From Octopus sinensis (taxonomy: Eukaryota), in assembly GCF_006345805.1 (NCBI RefSeq), contig NC_042999.1, positions 15,686,001 through 15,750,000 of the forward strand: 64,000 nucleotides of DNA, written 5' to 3'. Of this stretch, positions 1 through 10,956 are shown in pieces. Under the pieces are notes generated by a model. The model was not told the origin of the DNA. It ran no database searches and saw nothing but the letters and a program-made list of their open reading frames with translations. Positions within the stretch are counted from its first letter, which is position 1; each line of letters opens with the position of its first letter. The translations under genes and the position numbers were made by a program.

Positions 1-252
1 TATTTAATCTAGTATAATGAATAAGTGTGAGGAAATTAATACTGATTCAGAAATAAATTCAAATCATCTTATATTAGCTTAACAAGTGATCACTTTAAGA
101 CAGTAATTAGAGTGATAGAATTACAAGTAACGACCTCTGTGTCAATGTTTTTGGGGTTCAAATCAAGCAGAAGATATGAATGACAGCTAAAATTTTCAAA
201 GAAAAATCATGAGACACTTAGAGAGATAAAAAATGGATCTTGATGAGAACCT

Positions 253-487
253 ATTTCTTTACTACCCACAAGGGGCTACACACAGAGGGGACAAACAAAG
301 ACAGACAAATGGATTAAGTCGATTATATCGACCCCAGTGTGTAACTGGTACTTATTTAATCAACCCCGAAAGGATGAAAGGCAAAGTCGACCTCGGTGGA
401 ATTTGAACTCAGAACATAGCAGCAGACGAAATACCGCTAAGCATTTCACCCGGCGTGCCAACGTTTCTGCCGTCTCGCCGCCTTCAT
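253..487 (-). mobile_element. tRNA-derived SINE, family A, full length
   Basis: A 17-bp TSD GATCTTGATGAGAACCT lies at 236-252 and 488-504. The minus strand has box-B-like GAGTTCAAATTCC, and the tail is AAAGAAATA. Confidence 0.9.
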
Positions 488-3201
488 GATCTTGATGAGA
501 ACCTCCAGCAACCGATATTCAGCTGTTCAGTCAAATAGGTCACCAGGCTCACTGAATTAACATGTATATGGCTAAGTATTCCTCAGTCAGGTGTACACTT
601 GAATGTAATTCTTGGATAGAATGACATTTGCCTAAGACAGCACACAGCAGAATCGAAACTGTAACCTCATGATAGTAAAGTAAACGTCTTAACTATTCGT
701 CCATACTGCAACAACTACTATTATTAGACACAATAAGAACCTTTTGAGAGAGAAAAGAAAAAAAATACTCCAGTTGAAAGGATTCAGACAGCATATCTAT
801 CTTGGAGACTAAGTAACCATTTACACCCAAGTCTCTTCATCGCAAATAACAAACTTGAATTTATTTTTCTGCTATTTTGTTTATTATTTCTTCCTTTTTT
901 TTTTGTTTTAACTGGGCTATGTTTTATCTCTACAAGACAATTATATAGTTACTTAGCATATTAGAACAAGTTACACTCCATATATAAATATCATATATTA
1001 TATATATTACTGTCGGGAAACTAAGTTGCTGCAGTATGATTTAATGGTTATGGTGAAAAATAGCCTCAAGAATCTGGAGGCTTCATATAATAGAACACTG
1101 AAATTCAACAGCTAGCAAAATAAAGTGTGCAAGTGTGTGTGTGTGTGTGTGTATGTGTGTGTGTGTCCCGTCCTACTTGTAGAATCTTTTATTCATATTT
1201 GCAAGCGTCTCTAATAAGAATAGCAAACACTAATTAGCGATAAAAATATAATAAATAAATAATTCTGCATGTAAGAAAATGCTGAGTCAATAACCAAATA
1301 AATTCATTGATTAATAAATAAGCAAAAAGGAAAAAAAGACAAGCAAATGTAAGCCAAAGAGAAAATAAAGCCAGACAAAAGTATCAAATATTGCGAGTTT
1401 AACTAAATAGAAATTTCAAGTGAAATTGAAAATAAATTTTTGAGGCAAAATGTACATCATCTAATGATCTTGCTTATAAATAAAGCATATATTTGATCAT
1501 TCATTAGAAAGTTTCCTCTTCTTAGAGGTAACTCCGACAAAATGGAAACTGGCAGAAACACATATAGAAAAGAGTAAATTTTAATGTATTCAAAGAAGTT
1601 TTCTTTCAAGCTACAATTCTAAAACTGATAAAAGTAATGAAGTTACTAAGATATGGTAAGATAATAGCTGATAGCAGTTTTGAGATGAATTGATTTTTGC
1701 TACTTAAATTGACTGAATTTCACAGGTTGAAAAGAAAGACTTGTTTAGTTATAAAAATGTTATATTAACTTTAGTATGACCACTTTAATATTTGGTGCTA
1801 TTTGGTAAATTATTTGTGCACTTATGGAGAACAGTAAATGAACTTCAGAACTATAACCAAATAACAAATAAATTCTAAAAATTTTGAAATACATTTGAAG
1901 TAAAATAAATTAGAAATACATCTAAAATGAAGATCTATAGATTTCAAATCTGACAATTTTGCTCAAACTTTAATCATTTTCAATTGTAGGTTTTGGTTTG
2001 TTCCTCAGCTCAGCTCATAACTTAACTATAGTGAACTGTAAATAGCAAAGCAATTGGTTACATGCACTTCTTGCTTAGCATTCAAAACGTATGTGTCATA
2101 AATTTCAAACTCTGCAATTGTTGAACAAGTTGCTGGTGTTAAAATAAATCTAAAATGATATTCTTCATATTACATGGTATGTTTTGGAGAATCTCAAATA
2201 TTTTAGCAACAGGAATACCTTAGGATATAATTATAGATCGATTTCTGGCATTCACGGAAGGCCAGCAGTTAGTAGAAAAAAAAGAAAAAGTTAATCAAAC
2301 CCATGTGCCAGTGACTTACTTTATTGACTCGGTAGAAGAATAAAGTAAAGTTAGCCCCAGAAGTATTGGTGTATACACCATAAGAGGATGAAAAGAAGCG
2401 CTGCAAGACATTTAGACTGGTATATCTTCCTTTCGCCCATTTCCTCATTCATACAAATAAGACCATTATGTCTTAAATTTTGGAGTTGAGCCAAATTTTG
2501 TAACAAACTGCCATAGGTGACTTTTGTCAAATTTTTAGTAGATAAGCAAAGATATCTTTATTTGTTTTTATTGCTGTGGTTTAGCCACAGGCAGCCTTGA
2601 TTGAACATACCTATGATCACAGGCATTCTAGAGTTGATTATTCTATCCTTTTACTTGCTAATTATCTTTCTCCTTTTCTTATTTCATTTTTGCTTTTAAA
2701 GGTGATACTGGGTAATTTGGGAGACTGATTGCCATTTATAAGAGGTCAAGTGACCATATAGAGACCCTCTTGTTTATATTATCAAGATGCCATCAACCAT
2801 CACTGATTATAAAGCTGTTCTGCTCCCTAGCACAGGATGTCCACTATGCAACATCGAAAAGGTTGAAACAATTGCTATGCAGAAACAAAGAGAGGAAGAC
2901 AGAAATAATATTTAAATGAAGTTTCAGGTAAGTGCTCATTTAAAGTATCACTGTTTTGATGTACAGGTTTCTCTAACATTTTACCACAGATGAAAGCCAG
3001 CATCCATCTAAAGGTTTCTTGAATAAAACCTATTACATAAAAAGAAAATTTAATACAGAATTTGCTCTATGTAAAGTTTGTATATTGACAGCAACCCGGA
3101 AAATCTGTTTATTGCTCATCAGACCTTACTTAAGCGATTAACATCAAAAGGTTCTTCATTACATTATATTATATTATATTATATTCATAATTATATATAA
3201 C

Positions 3202-3303
3202 ATCAGATTGGAATCTGGTGCAGCCATCTGGTTCGCCAGACCTCAGTCAAATCATCCAACCTGTGCTAGCATGGAAAGCGGATGTTAAACAATGATGATG
3301 ATA
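3202..3303 (+). mobile_element. RTE 3'-tail copy
   Basis: It matches the last ~100 bp of the 8395 LINE (...CCAACCTGTGCTAGCATGGAAAGCGGATGTTAAAC plus a GAT tail). Confidence 0.8.
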
Positions 3304-3691
3304 AGAAGTAGTTTCCTAAAATATCTCTCTTGAAAGTTTACAATAGTATTCCATGCTGTTCAGTGATTTTTACCAGTAACAGAAAGCAATAGAAGGATAT
3401 ACCTATACTTTACCGGGGAGAAATAATAATTGTAAACTTTTAGGGGTAGACTTAATCTGTTGCTTGATTTAACACCACCACCTGACACTTAGGTACCTTT
3501 GCAGAGTCAACTCTGTGGTAGGCACTCAGGCCAGATCTCTGAGAATAACTTTCTCTCATTAACCTTGGATACCATGAAAATATTTATAGGCACTGATCTT
3601 TCTTCTCAGATCAAGCCACAAAACAATAATACTTTTTCAAGACTGACCATTAGTTTCTCTTTGCTTGATACAACTCTGTATTTTTACCTAA

Positions 3692-4163
3692 CCCTTTTGA
3701 TACCAACCCAGCTGAAACCGGCCCTGGCTCTGAGTACAAATGTCTTGTTTTCATAAGTTTTCAATTAAAATTTTCCACCCAACCTTAGTCACAATTAATG
3801 TTCCTAACACTAGCTGAATGATAACTAAGTTATTTTACCTAATTCTTTGTTATATTTAAAGTAATTGAAAGAAACACAGACCACCTCAACAAAAATATGG
3901 TAACAAAAGGCTTAAAATATATAATAGAGAAACAATTCTTAACTCTTTCGATACCAACCCGGCTGAAACAGGTTCTGGCTCTGTAGTACAAATGTCTTGT
4001 TTCCATAAGTTTTCAATTAAAATCTTCCACAAAACCTTAGTCACAATTTATGTTCTTAACACTAGCTGAATGATAACTAAGTTATTTTACTATATTCTTT
4101 GTTATATTTAAAGTAATTGAAAGAAACACTGAGCATCTCAAAATAAATACAGTAACAAAAGGG
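3692..4163 (+). mobile_element. Two adjacent direct copies of a ~220-bp piggyBac-type MITE (3692-3911, 3943-4163)
   Basis: The ends are CCCTTTTG(A/T)TACC...GGTAACAAAAGG(G), flanked by TTAA or variants, and the internal sequences are near-identical. Confidence 0.8.
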
Positions 4164-4189
4164 TGTTATATCTATATTCATAACTTGCT

Positions 4190-4450
4190 ATTCTCATGAA
4201 CCTGTACACTGACGAACAGGCTCTCATTGGAGAAACTTTTCAACCCCGAGAGACTGGCATACAGTCCCTATGATTAATGGTCAACATGGCAAGAACCAAA
4301 GTACTAGTTAGTCATAAAGGACAGAAAGTCCTAATGCAATCCGAAAAGTGGCCTTCCTTTTGAGAAGTGAGAAGAGAGTAAATTAGGATTCAATACTCAA
4401 TGGGTATGTCAAATATATAGCGAGACAGTAGGTCAATTGAAAGGGAAACA
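4190..4450 (+). pseudogene. Decayed fragment of the same RTE family
   Basis: NLYTDEQALIGET and MVNMARTKVLVSHKGQKVLMQSEKWP align by eye with ELLYADDLALIAES and LRVNLAKTKVVISRKVDK...GRWP of the 8483 ORF. Confidence 0.6.
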
Positions 4451-4572
4451 AAAATTCTGATGTACTATACATATAGAAATAATTAGCAGCAGGTGTAACA
4501 ATGAGTAAGTCCATGAACAGTTCAGATAGCTCACATGATTTACTTAGTAGCTTCTGCATCTAATGCAATTGA

Positions 4573-5064
4573 CCCTTTTGTTACTGTATTTATTTTGAGA
4601 TACTCGGTGTTCTTTCAATTACTTTAAATACAACAAAGAATTTAATAAAATAACTCAGTTATCATTAAGCTAGTGTTAGTGGAGGCACATGGCTTAGTAG
4701 TTAGGGTGTTGAACTCATGATCCTAAGGTTGTGGTTTCGATTCCTGGACTGGGTAATGCGTTGTGTTCTGGAGCAAAACACTTCATTTCATGTTGCTTCA
4801 GTCCACTCAGCTGGTGAAAATGAGTAATCCTGCAACGGACCGGTGTTCCGTTCAGGTGGGGAATTTCTACACCACTGAAACCGGGAAACCGGCCCTTATG
4901 AACCTGGCATGGCTCAAGAAGGAACAGATATATTTATATAAGCTAGTGTTAGGAATGTAATTGTGACTAAGGTTTGGTGGAAGATTTTAATTTAAAACTT
5001 ATGAAAACAAGACATTTGTACTACAGAGCCAGAGTCGGTTTCAGCTGGATTGGTAGCGATAGGG
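4573..5064 (-). mobile_element. Inverted copy of the same MITE, interrupted by a SINE
   Basis: It runs ttga|CCCTTTTG...AGGG|ttaa and is the reverse complement of 3692-3911 once 4680-4952 is removed. Confidence 0.8.
4680..4938 (+). mobile_element. tRNA-derived SINE (family C) inserted in a piggyBac-type MITE
   Basis: Box A is TGGCTTAGTAGTTAG and box B is GGTTTCGATTCC. A 14-bp TSD TAAGCTAGTGTTAG lies at 4666-4679 and 4939-4952. Confidence 0.9.
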
Positions 5065-5349
5065 TTAAGTAGAGCTGTAACTAATTGTAGTAAGAACATA
5101 GTAGTTAAAGGTAAAAAGATGTAGAAGTTTAGAAGTCACAGAGTGAGCTTCAATGTGGTTGGTTGGCCTGTAAGAAATATAAGGTTAATTCCCACACCCT
5201 ATCTTTAAAAAATTGGAGTACACACTGGACTCTGTTGTTCTAGATTTACAGAAAGAGGAAAGTTGGAATGGTCACAACTGGAATGGCTATAATCATAGGC
5301 ATGCAAAATTTAGGGATGACCTAGATTAGAATAACAACAACAAGGGTTT

Positions 5350-5631
5350 CATCTCTGTAAAGTGCAGATTGTGTGAGACCTGTGAGGTAGAAGAGTCCAG
5401 TTTGCTGGACATTGTTGTAGAGCTGAAAACGAGGTAATTTCTACTCTTCTCCTCTGGAAGCCATCTGTTCGCGATACCAGAGGGCGCACACTCTCCTACC
5501 CTGATGTAATCTCCAGGGATACAGGCATCCAGCAATAGGACCTCCATAATGCTATGATGGACCGTGAAGTCTGGCATAACATAGTAAATTCCATTGTCTC
5601 GACCATGGCCGAACAATGATGATGATGATGA
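5350..5631 (+). mobile_element. 3' end of a second RTE family, 5'-truncated
   Basis: It translates as RVQFAGHCCRAENEVISTLLLWKPSVRDTRGRTLSYPDVISRDTGIQQ*DLHNAMMDREVWHNIV, followed by a (GAT)n tail. Confidence 0.8.
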
Positions 5632-6244
5632 GGCCTATAACTTGTGAGGGATTTTAAAATATTATCCATTTATTATGTAATACCACCAGGTATGAAAGGC
5701 AGCACAAGAGAGCTTACCATTAAAGACATCACTTAATGTAGGCAGAAGAAATAAATTTGTTGATAAAGACAATACTAGATAAGTGATAACTTGTTGATGC
5801 AAATGTGTCAGAAAATATGGCAAAGGAAAACTGCAGAGGACATGGAAAGAAGCATCAGTGTGAAAAGGAGGAGGAGACAAGGATGTTGATTGCATATGTC
5901 ATTTGAGAGCAAAGCCATTTTTCCTGAAATAAAATATCTACAGGAAATCTGAACTCATTAGTCATATTTTTCCCACCTTTAATAAAGTGCCAGCCTACCA
6001 GGTGAGAAATCATTTGCTCTCATTCTATCACCAGCAATTTACTTGAATGTAAACAACCTGTACACTTCAATTGATGAAGTAGTTTGCTAAGCTTAATTCC
6101 ACCCATAAGCATAAAGTTTCACCTACAAATGATACATCAATAACTAAACATACTAAAGACTAAGATACTCACTACTTCAACATCAAGTAACATCTAGTAA
6201 CAAAAAATTTTTAAAATATCCTTATTTAAAAAAAAATTTATACA

Positions 6245-6401
6245 AGGATTAGCTGTGTGGTAAGTAGCTTGCTTACCAACCACATGGTTCCGGGTTCAGT
6301 CCCACTGCATGGCACTTTGGGCAAGTGTCTTCTACTATAGCCTCGGGCCAAGCAAAGCCTGGTGAGTGGATTTGGTGGATGGAAACTGAAAGAAGCCCGG
6401 C

Positions 6402-6447
<46 letters not shown>

Positions 6448-6635
6448 ATATATGTATGTGTGTGTATATGTTTGTGTGTCTGTGTTTGTCCCCCCAACAT
6501 CGCTTGACAACCGATGCTGGTGTGTTTGCATCCCTGTAACTTAGCAATTCGGCAAAAGAGACCAATAAAATAAGTACTAGGCTTACAAAGAATAAGTCCT
6601 AGGGTCGATTTCCACTGAAACAACTAAAAGAGTAA
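6245..6635 (+). mobile_element. SINE family B (tRNA-like head, internal TA/GT microsatellite)
   Basis: The head is GCTGTGTGGTAAG...GGTTCAGTCCC, the core is TTGGGCAAGTGTCTTCTACTATAGCC, and there is an internal (TA)n. Confidence 0.85.
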
Positions 6636-6794
6636 AAGCTAGAAAGGAATTTCTTCATTTCACAAATCTTAGATAAATTTCCAAATATTTGAAAATTAAG
6701 CAGGTAATAAATGATTATTTTGAATCCTATAGCAGTTCCTTTTTGGATATACCTCTATAGAAATATATATTTATCAAAATTATACATGTTACCT

Positions 6795-7011
6795 TTTATC
6801 TTTAACTTGTTTCAGTCATCAGGCTGTGGCCATGCTGGGGCACTGCCTTGAAGAGTTTTTAGTCGAATGAATCAAACTTGGTGATCTTTCTTTTTTTAAA
6901 GCCTGGTACTTATTCTAGTAGTCTCTTTTGCCAAACTGCCAAGTTATGGAAATGTAAACTCACCAACACCGGTTGACAAGTGCTAGTGGGGAACAAACAC
7001 AAACACGCTTG

Positions 7012-7057
<46 letters not shown>

Positions 7058-7168
7058 TTTCAGTTTCTGTCTACCAAATCTACTCACAAGGCTGAGGTTA
7101 TAGTAGAATACACTTGCTGAACCCAAAACCATGTGGTTAGGAAGCAAGCTTCTTACTACACAGTTACA
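6795..7168 (-). mobile_element. SINE family B
   Basis: It is the reverse complement of family B with an internal (CA)n. Confidence 0.8.
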
Positions 7169-7756
7169 TAAATACAATTTTTAGCATAATTGATAAGAAA
7201 GAAGCATCTCTTAAAAGAAGTATCTTAGAATCATTTGGAATTCTCCCATGAGTTAGAGGTCATGAAGAAATACTGTCTTCTAATATTGGTTAAGTATTTA
7301 ACTTTGTAAAGCTGTAATTAGATTTCATTAAAGTTCGCAAAGTGCAAAATTAATTTCAGAGGAAATCAATTAATTATTTTCTTATTTAATTTAAGTGCTA
7401 TTTTCTGCATCTCTTACTTTCAACTGCTATATATGAAATAGTATTTGACTCTTTGACAATTTTTTTTATTGAACTAGTCAATGGTTCAATAAAAAAAAAA
7501 ATATATGTGAACTGCTCGCAGTAAATTCATATGAAAGAGCCAGCAATTTAAAAAAGAAAATTTAGATGTAACTACCAAACATTTTATATTTCTACTTGTT
7601 TATGTTATATTTATTATTCTAAATTCTTCATTTTCTATTTCCATATAAAGCACATGATTTATACATATAAAATACATAGCATTTCACTCAATTATTTCGC
7701 TAAATATTAACTCTCATTTTAGCCCATTTAAGAGTACTCTTCAATCATTGGGCAAT

Positions 7757-8144
7757 AAACTGCACTTGCGAAGACCTGTTGAGGCAAGTTAAGTTATTGT
7801 CATGGCCGATGACAATACCGCCTGATTGGCACCTGTGTCGGTAGCACATAAAAAGCACCATTCAAGCATGGTTGATGCCAGTGCTACCTGACTGGCATAA
7901 AAAGCACTATTCAAGAGTGGCTGATGCCAGTACTACCTGACTGGTCCCATGCTGGTCACATGTAAAAAGCATCCACTACACTCTTGGAGTGGTTGGCATT
8001 AGGAAGGGCATCCAGCTGTAGAAACATTGCCAGATCAGATTGGAGCCTGGTGCAGCCTTCTGGCTTGCCAGCCATCAGTTAAACTGTCCAACCCATGCCA
8101 GCATGGAAAGCAGACATTAAACGACAATGATGATGATGATGATG
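7757..8144 (+). mobile_element. RTE 3'-UTR-only copy
   Basis: It is colinear with 10520-10956 and ends in (GAT)n. Confidence 0.85.
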
Positions 8145-8394
8145 GTTTTTTTATTTATTTATAAAAAAGGAATAAGAGCTGAGGAACTTTTGGAATTAAA
8201 AGCAAAAAGGTGTTACAATTATTTTGAAATGGAATGACATCTAATCTTTGCTTGTGAGACCACAGAAAAGGGCACTTGAAAAACATAAGGCTAGGTGTGC
8301 ACATGTAAAGTAAGAAAACATCTAAATTCTCATTTACTGTTGCTCTAAATCATATATTGAAACGTTATAGAATATATGCATACTGAGTTATCAA

Positions 8395-10956
8395 AGCTAG
8401 GAGACAGGTTTATTTAGCCAGAGGGGAAGCAGATAAGAAAAAATTTGCCAATGTTCTGCGCCGTGAGGACCAAAGACTGGAGGTGTTTCGTGTTGCAAGA
8501 CAGTGTGTGAGAGAGAATCGTGATGTGGTAGGAGAGAAATGTGTTCGCATGGAAGATGGTTCACTTGCGCTAAATGAGGATGCAAAGAGAGAGGTCTGGA
8601 GATGCCACTATGAAAGGTTGCTGAATGAAGAAAATGAATGGGATAAAGAGAGTCTGCCGAATGTTGACCCAACAGAGGGACCAGCTATCCGAGTTGATAG
8701 TTCTGTGGTAGCTAAGGCAATTAGAAGCATGAAGACAGGGAAAGCCCCAGGCCCATCAGGAATCACTGCAGAGATGCTCAAAATGTCTGGTAGTGTTGGC
8801 TATAGCCTAGTCACCCATATAGTTAATCAGGTGATACACAAAGGGGTCATACCCAATGACTGGTGTAGCAGTATAATAGTCAACTGCTACAAAGGTAAAG
8901 GTGATGCCCTAGATACAAATAACTACAGAGGTATCAAGCTGTTGGACCAGGTGATGAAGGTTACGGAGAGGGTCATAGCTCAACTATTTAGAGAGAGAGT
9001 TAGTTTAAATGAGATGCAGTTTGGGTTTGTGCCAGGGAAAAGTACTACTGATGCTATATTCCTGGTAAGGCAGCTGCAGGAGAAATACCTAGCCAAAGAT
9101 AAGCCCCTGTACCTGGCTTTTGTTGACATGGAGAAAGCCTTCGACAGGGTCCCCCGATCCCTTATCTGGTGGGCAATGAGAAAACTAGGGATAGATGAAT
9201 GGTTAGTGAGAGCTGTGCGGGCCATGTATAGGGACGCCGCTAGTAGGGTGAGGGTTGGAAATGAGTACAGTGAAGAATTCCGGGTAGAGGTAGGGGTCCA
9301 CCAAGGCTCAGTACTCAGCCCCCTCCTATTTATCTTAGTCCTCCAGGCAATAACGGAGGAATTCAAGACAGGATGCCCTTGGGAGCTCCTCTATGCTGAT
9401 GACCTTGCTCTAATTGCTGAGTCGCTATCAGAACTGGAGGAGAAGTTTCAGGTGTGGAAACAAGGATTAGAATCGAAGGGCCTCAGAGTCAATCTAGCTA
9501 AAACCAAAGTCGTAATCAGTAGGAAGGTAGACAAATCACAAACACCTTCAGGTAGATGGCCCTGCTCGATCTGTAGAAAAGGTGTAGGTAGAAACTCTAT
9601 AAGATGCACCAAGTGTAAGCTATGGACACATAAGAGATGCAGCAATGTCAAAGGAAGGCTAACTAGGAAGATGGTTTTTGTATGTGGCAGATGCTCAGGA
9701 ACAATAAACACTGAAAATGCTCTGAGACCAACTTCCGTCACTTTCCAGGGAGAAAAACTAGAAATAGTTGATAGTTTCCGTTACCTAGGTGACCAAGTCA
9801 GCAGCGGGGGCGGGTGTGCTGAAAGTGTAACTGCTAGAGTAAGAATAGCTTGGGCAAAGTTCAGAGAGCTCTTACCTCTGCTGGTGACAAAAGGCCTCTC
9901 GCACAGAGTGAAAGGCAGACTGTATGATGCGTGTGTACGAACAGCCATGCTACATGGCAGTGAAACATGGGCCGTGACTGCTGAGGATATGCGTAAGCTC
10001 GCTAGAAATGAAGCCAGTATGCTCCGATGGATGTGTAATGCCGGTACTCACACTCGGCAGAGTGTAAGTACCTTGAGAGAAAAGCTGGACCTAAGAAGCA
10101 TCAGTTGTGGTGTGCAAGAGAGACGTTTGCGCTGGTATGGTCATGTGGCGAGAATGGATGAAGATAGTTGCGTGAAAAAGTGCCACACCCTAGCGGTTGA
10201 GGGAACCTGTGGAAGAGGCAGACCCAGGAAAACCTGGGACAAGGTGGTGAAGCACGACCTTCGAACTTTAGGTCTCACTGAGGAAATGACTAGAGACCGA
10301 GACCTCTGGAAGTGTGCTGTGCGCGAGAAGACCCGGCAGGACAAGTGAGTCCACAACCCGTGGCCTTCTACATGGGATGGAGCCAGCCTACGTATGCATA
10401 CCTTCCCTTCTTGGGACACAAAACTCTACTTGTGAAGACGTGTTGAGGCAAGTGAGGATCAGAATCGAAATCGATCAATGGAAATTGCGGATGTGCTACC
10501 AGTGCCGGTGGCATGTCGAAACTCTGCTTGTGAAGACCCATTGAGGCAAGTGAGGATCAGAATCGAAATCGATCAATGGAAATCGATCAATGGAAATTGC
10601 AGATGTGTTACCAGTGCCGGTGGCATGTAAGAGAACTTTCCGTTTCGCGACCGTTGCCAGCACCGCCCCGTTTCGTGTCCATTGCCAGCCTCGCCTGGCC
10701 CTCGTGCCGGTGGCACATAAAAAGCACCATCCGTTCGTGGCCGTTTGCCAGCTCTGTCTGGCACCAGTGCGGGTGGCACGTAAAAAGCACCCACTACACT
10801 CACGGAGTGGTTGGCGTTAGGAAGGGCATCCAGCCATAGAAACACTGCCAGATTTGACTGGGCCTGATGAAGCCTTCTGGCTTCACAGACCCCAGTAGAA
10901 CCGTCCAACCCATGCTAGCATGGAAAACGGACGCTAAATGATGATGATGATGATGA
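8395..10956 (+). mobile_element. Young 5'-truncated RTE-clade LINE
   Basis: The direct repeat TGAGTTATCAA at 8384-8394 and 10957-10967 is a TSD. The element has a (GAT)n tail, an uninterrupted RT frame and a 3' UTR of about 600 bp. The endonuclease part is missing. Confidence 0.95.
8483..10348 (+). CDS. RTE LINE reverse transcriptase (truncated ORF2) with an embedded PHD-type zinc finger
   Basis: RT motifs present: NYRGIKLL, QFGFVPGKSTTDAIF, FVDMEKAFDRVP, GVHQGSVLSPLLF, LLYADD (9392-9403), FRYLGD, and the RTE C-terminal LRWYGHV...RGRPRKTW. A C4HC3 finger lies at 9563-9694. The frame is open from 8387. Confidence 0.95.
   Translation: MFRVARQCVRENRDVVGEKCVRMEDGSLALNEDAKREVWRCHYERLLNEENEWDKESLPNVDPTEGPAIRVDSSVVAKAIRSMKTGKAPGPSGITAEMLKMSGSVGYSLVTHIVNQVIHKGVIPNDWCSSIIVNCYKGKGDALDTNNYRGIKLLDQVMKVTERVIAQLFRERVSLNEMQFGFVPGKSTTDAIFLVRQLQEKYLAKDKPLYLAFVDMEKAFDRVPRSLIWWAMRKLGIDEWLVRAVRAMYRDAASRVRVGNEYSEEFRVEVGVHQGSVLSPLLFILVLQAITEEFKTGCPWELLYADDLALIAESLSELEEKFQVWKQGLESKGLRVNLAKTKVVISRKVDKSQTPSGRWPCSICRKGVGRNSIRCTKCKLWTHKRCSNVKGRLTRKMVFVCGRCSGTINTENALRPTSVTFQGEKLEIVDSFRYLGDQVSSGGGCAESVTARVRIAWAKFRELLPLLVTKGLSHRVKGRLYDACVRTAMLHGSETWAVTAEDMRKLARNEASMLRWMCNAGTHTRQSVSTLREKLDLRSISCGVQERRLRWYGHVARMDEDSCVKKCHTLAVEGTCGRGRPRKTWDKVVKHDLRTLGLTEEMTRDRDLWKCAVREKTRQDK

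Noticed and set aside
4680-4760. tRNA-like heads (also 55780-55850, 6245-6310)
   Set aside because: Box A/B motifs are present but they continue into SINE bodies with TSDs, and no complete cloverleaf is evident.
6238-6623. ORFs with YIYIYI, MYVCMYV, CVCVCV or HTHT runs (also 23949-24468, 26267-26945, 42135-42482, 59165-59546, 61082-61417)
   Set aside because: These are stop-free translations of microsatellites within or near SINEs.
10864-10900. CTGATGA followed by a hairpin (GAAGCC-TTCT-GGCTTC) in the RTE 3' UTR, suggesting a hammerhead ribozyme
   Set aside because: No GAAA follows the stem, and most sibling copies read CTGGTGCA at this site, so the catalytic core is not conserved.
8397-10908. 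Short antisense or alternative-frame ORFs overlapping the RTE (8397-8672, 8980-9366, 9448-9741, 10141-10419, 10314-10908)
   Set aside because: They are shadows of the RT ORF and its GC-richer 3' UTR.
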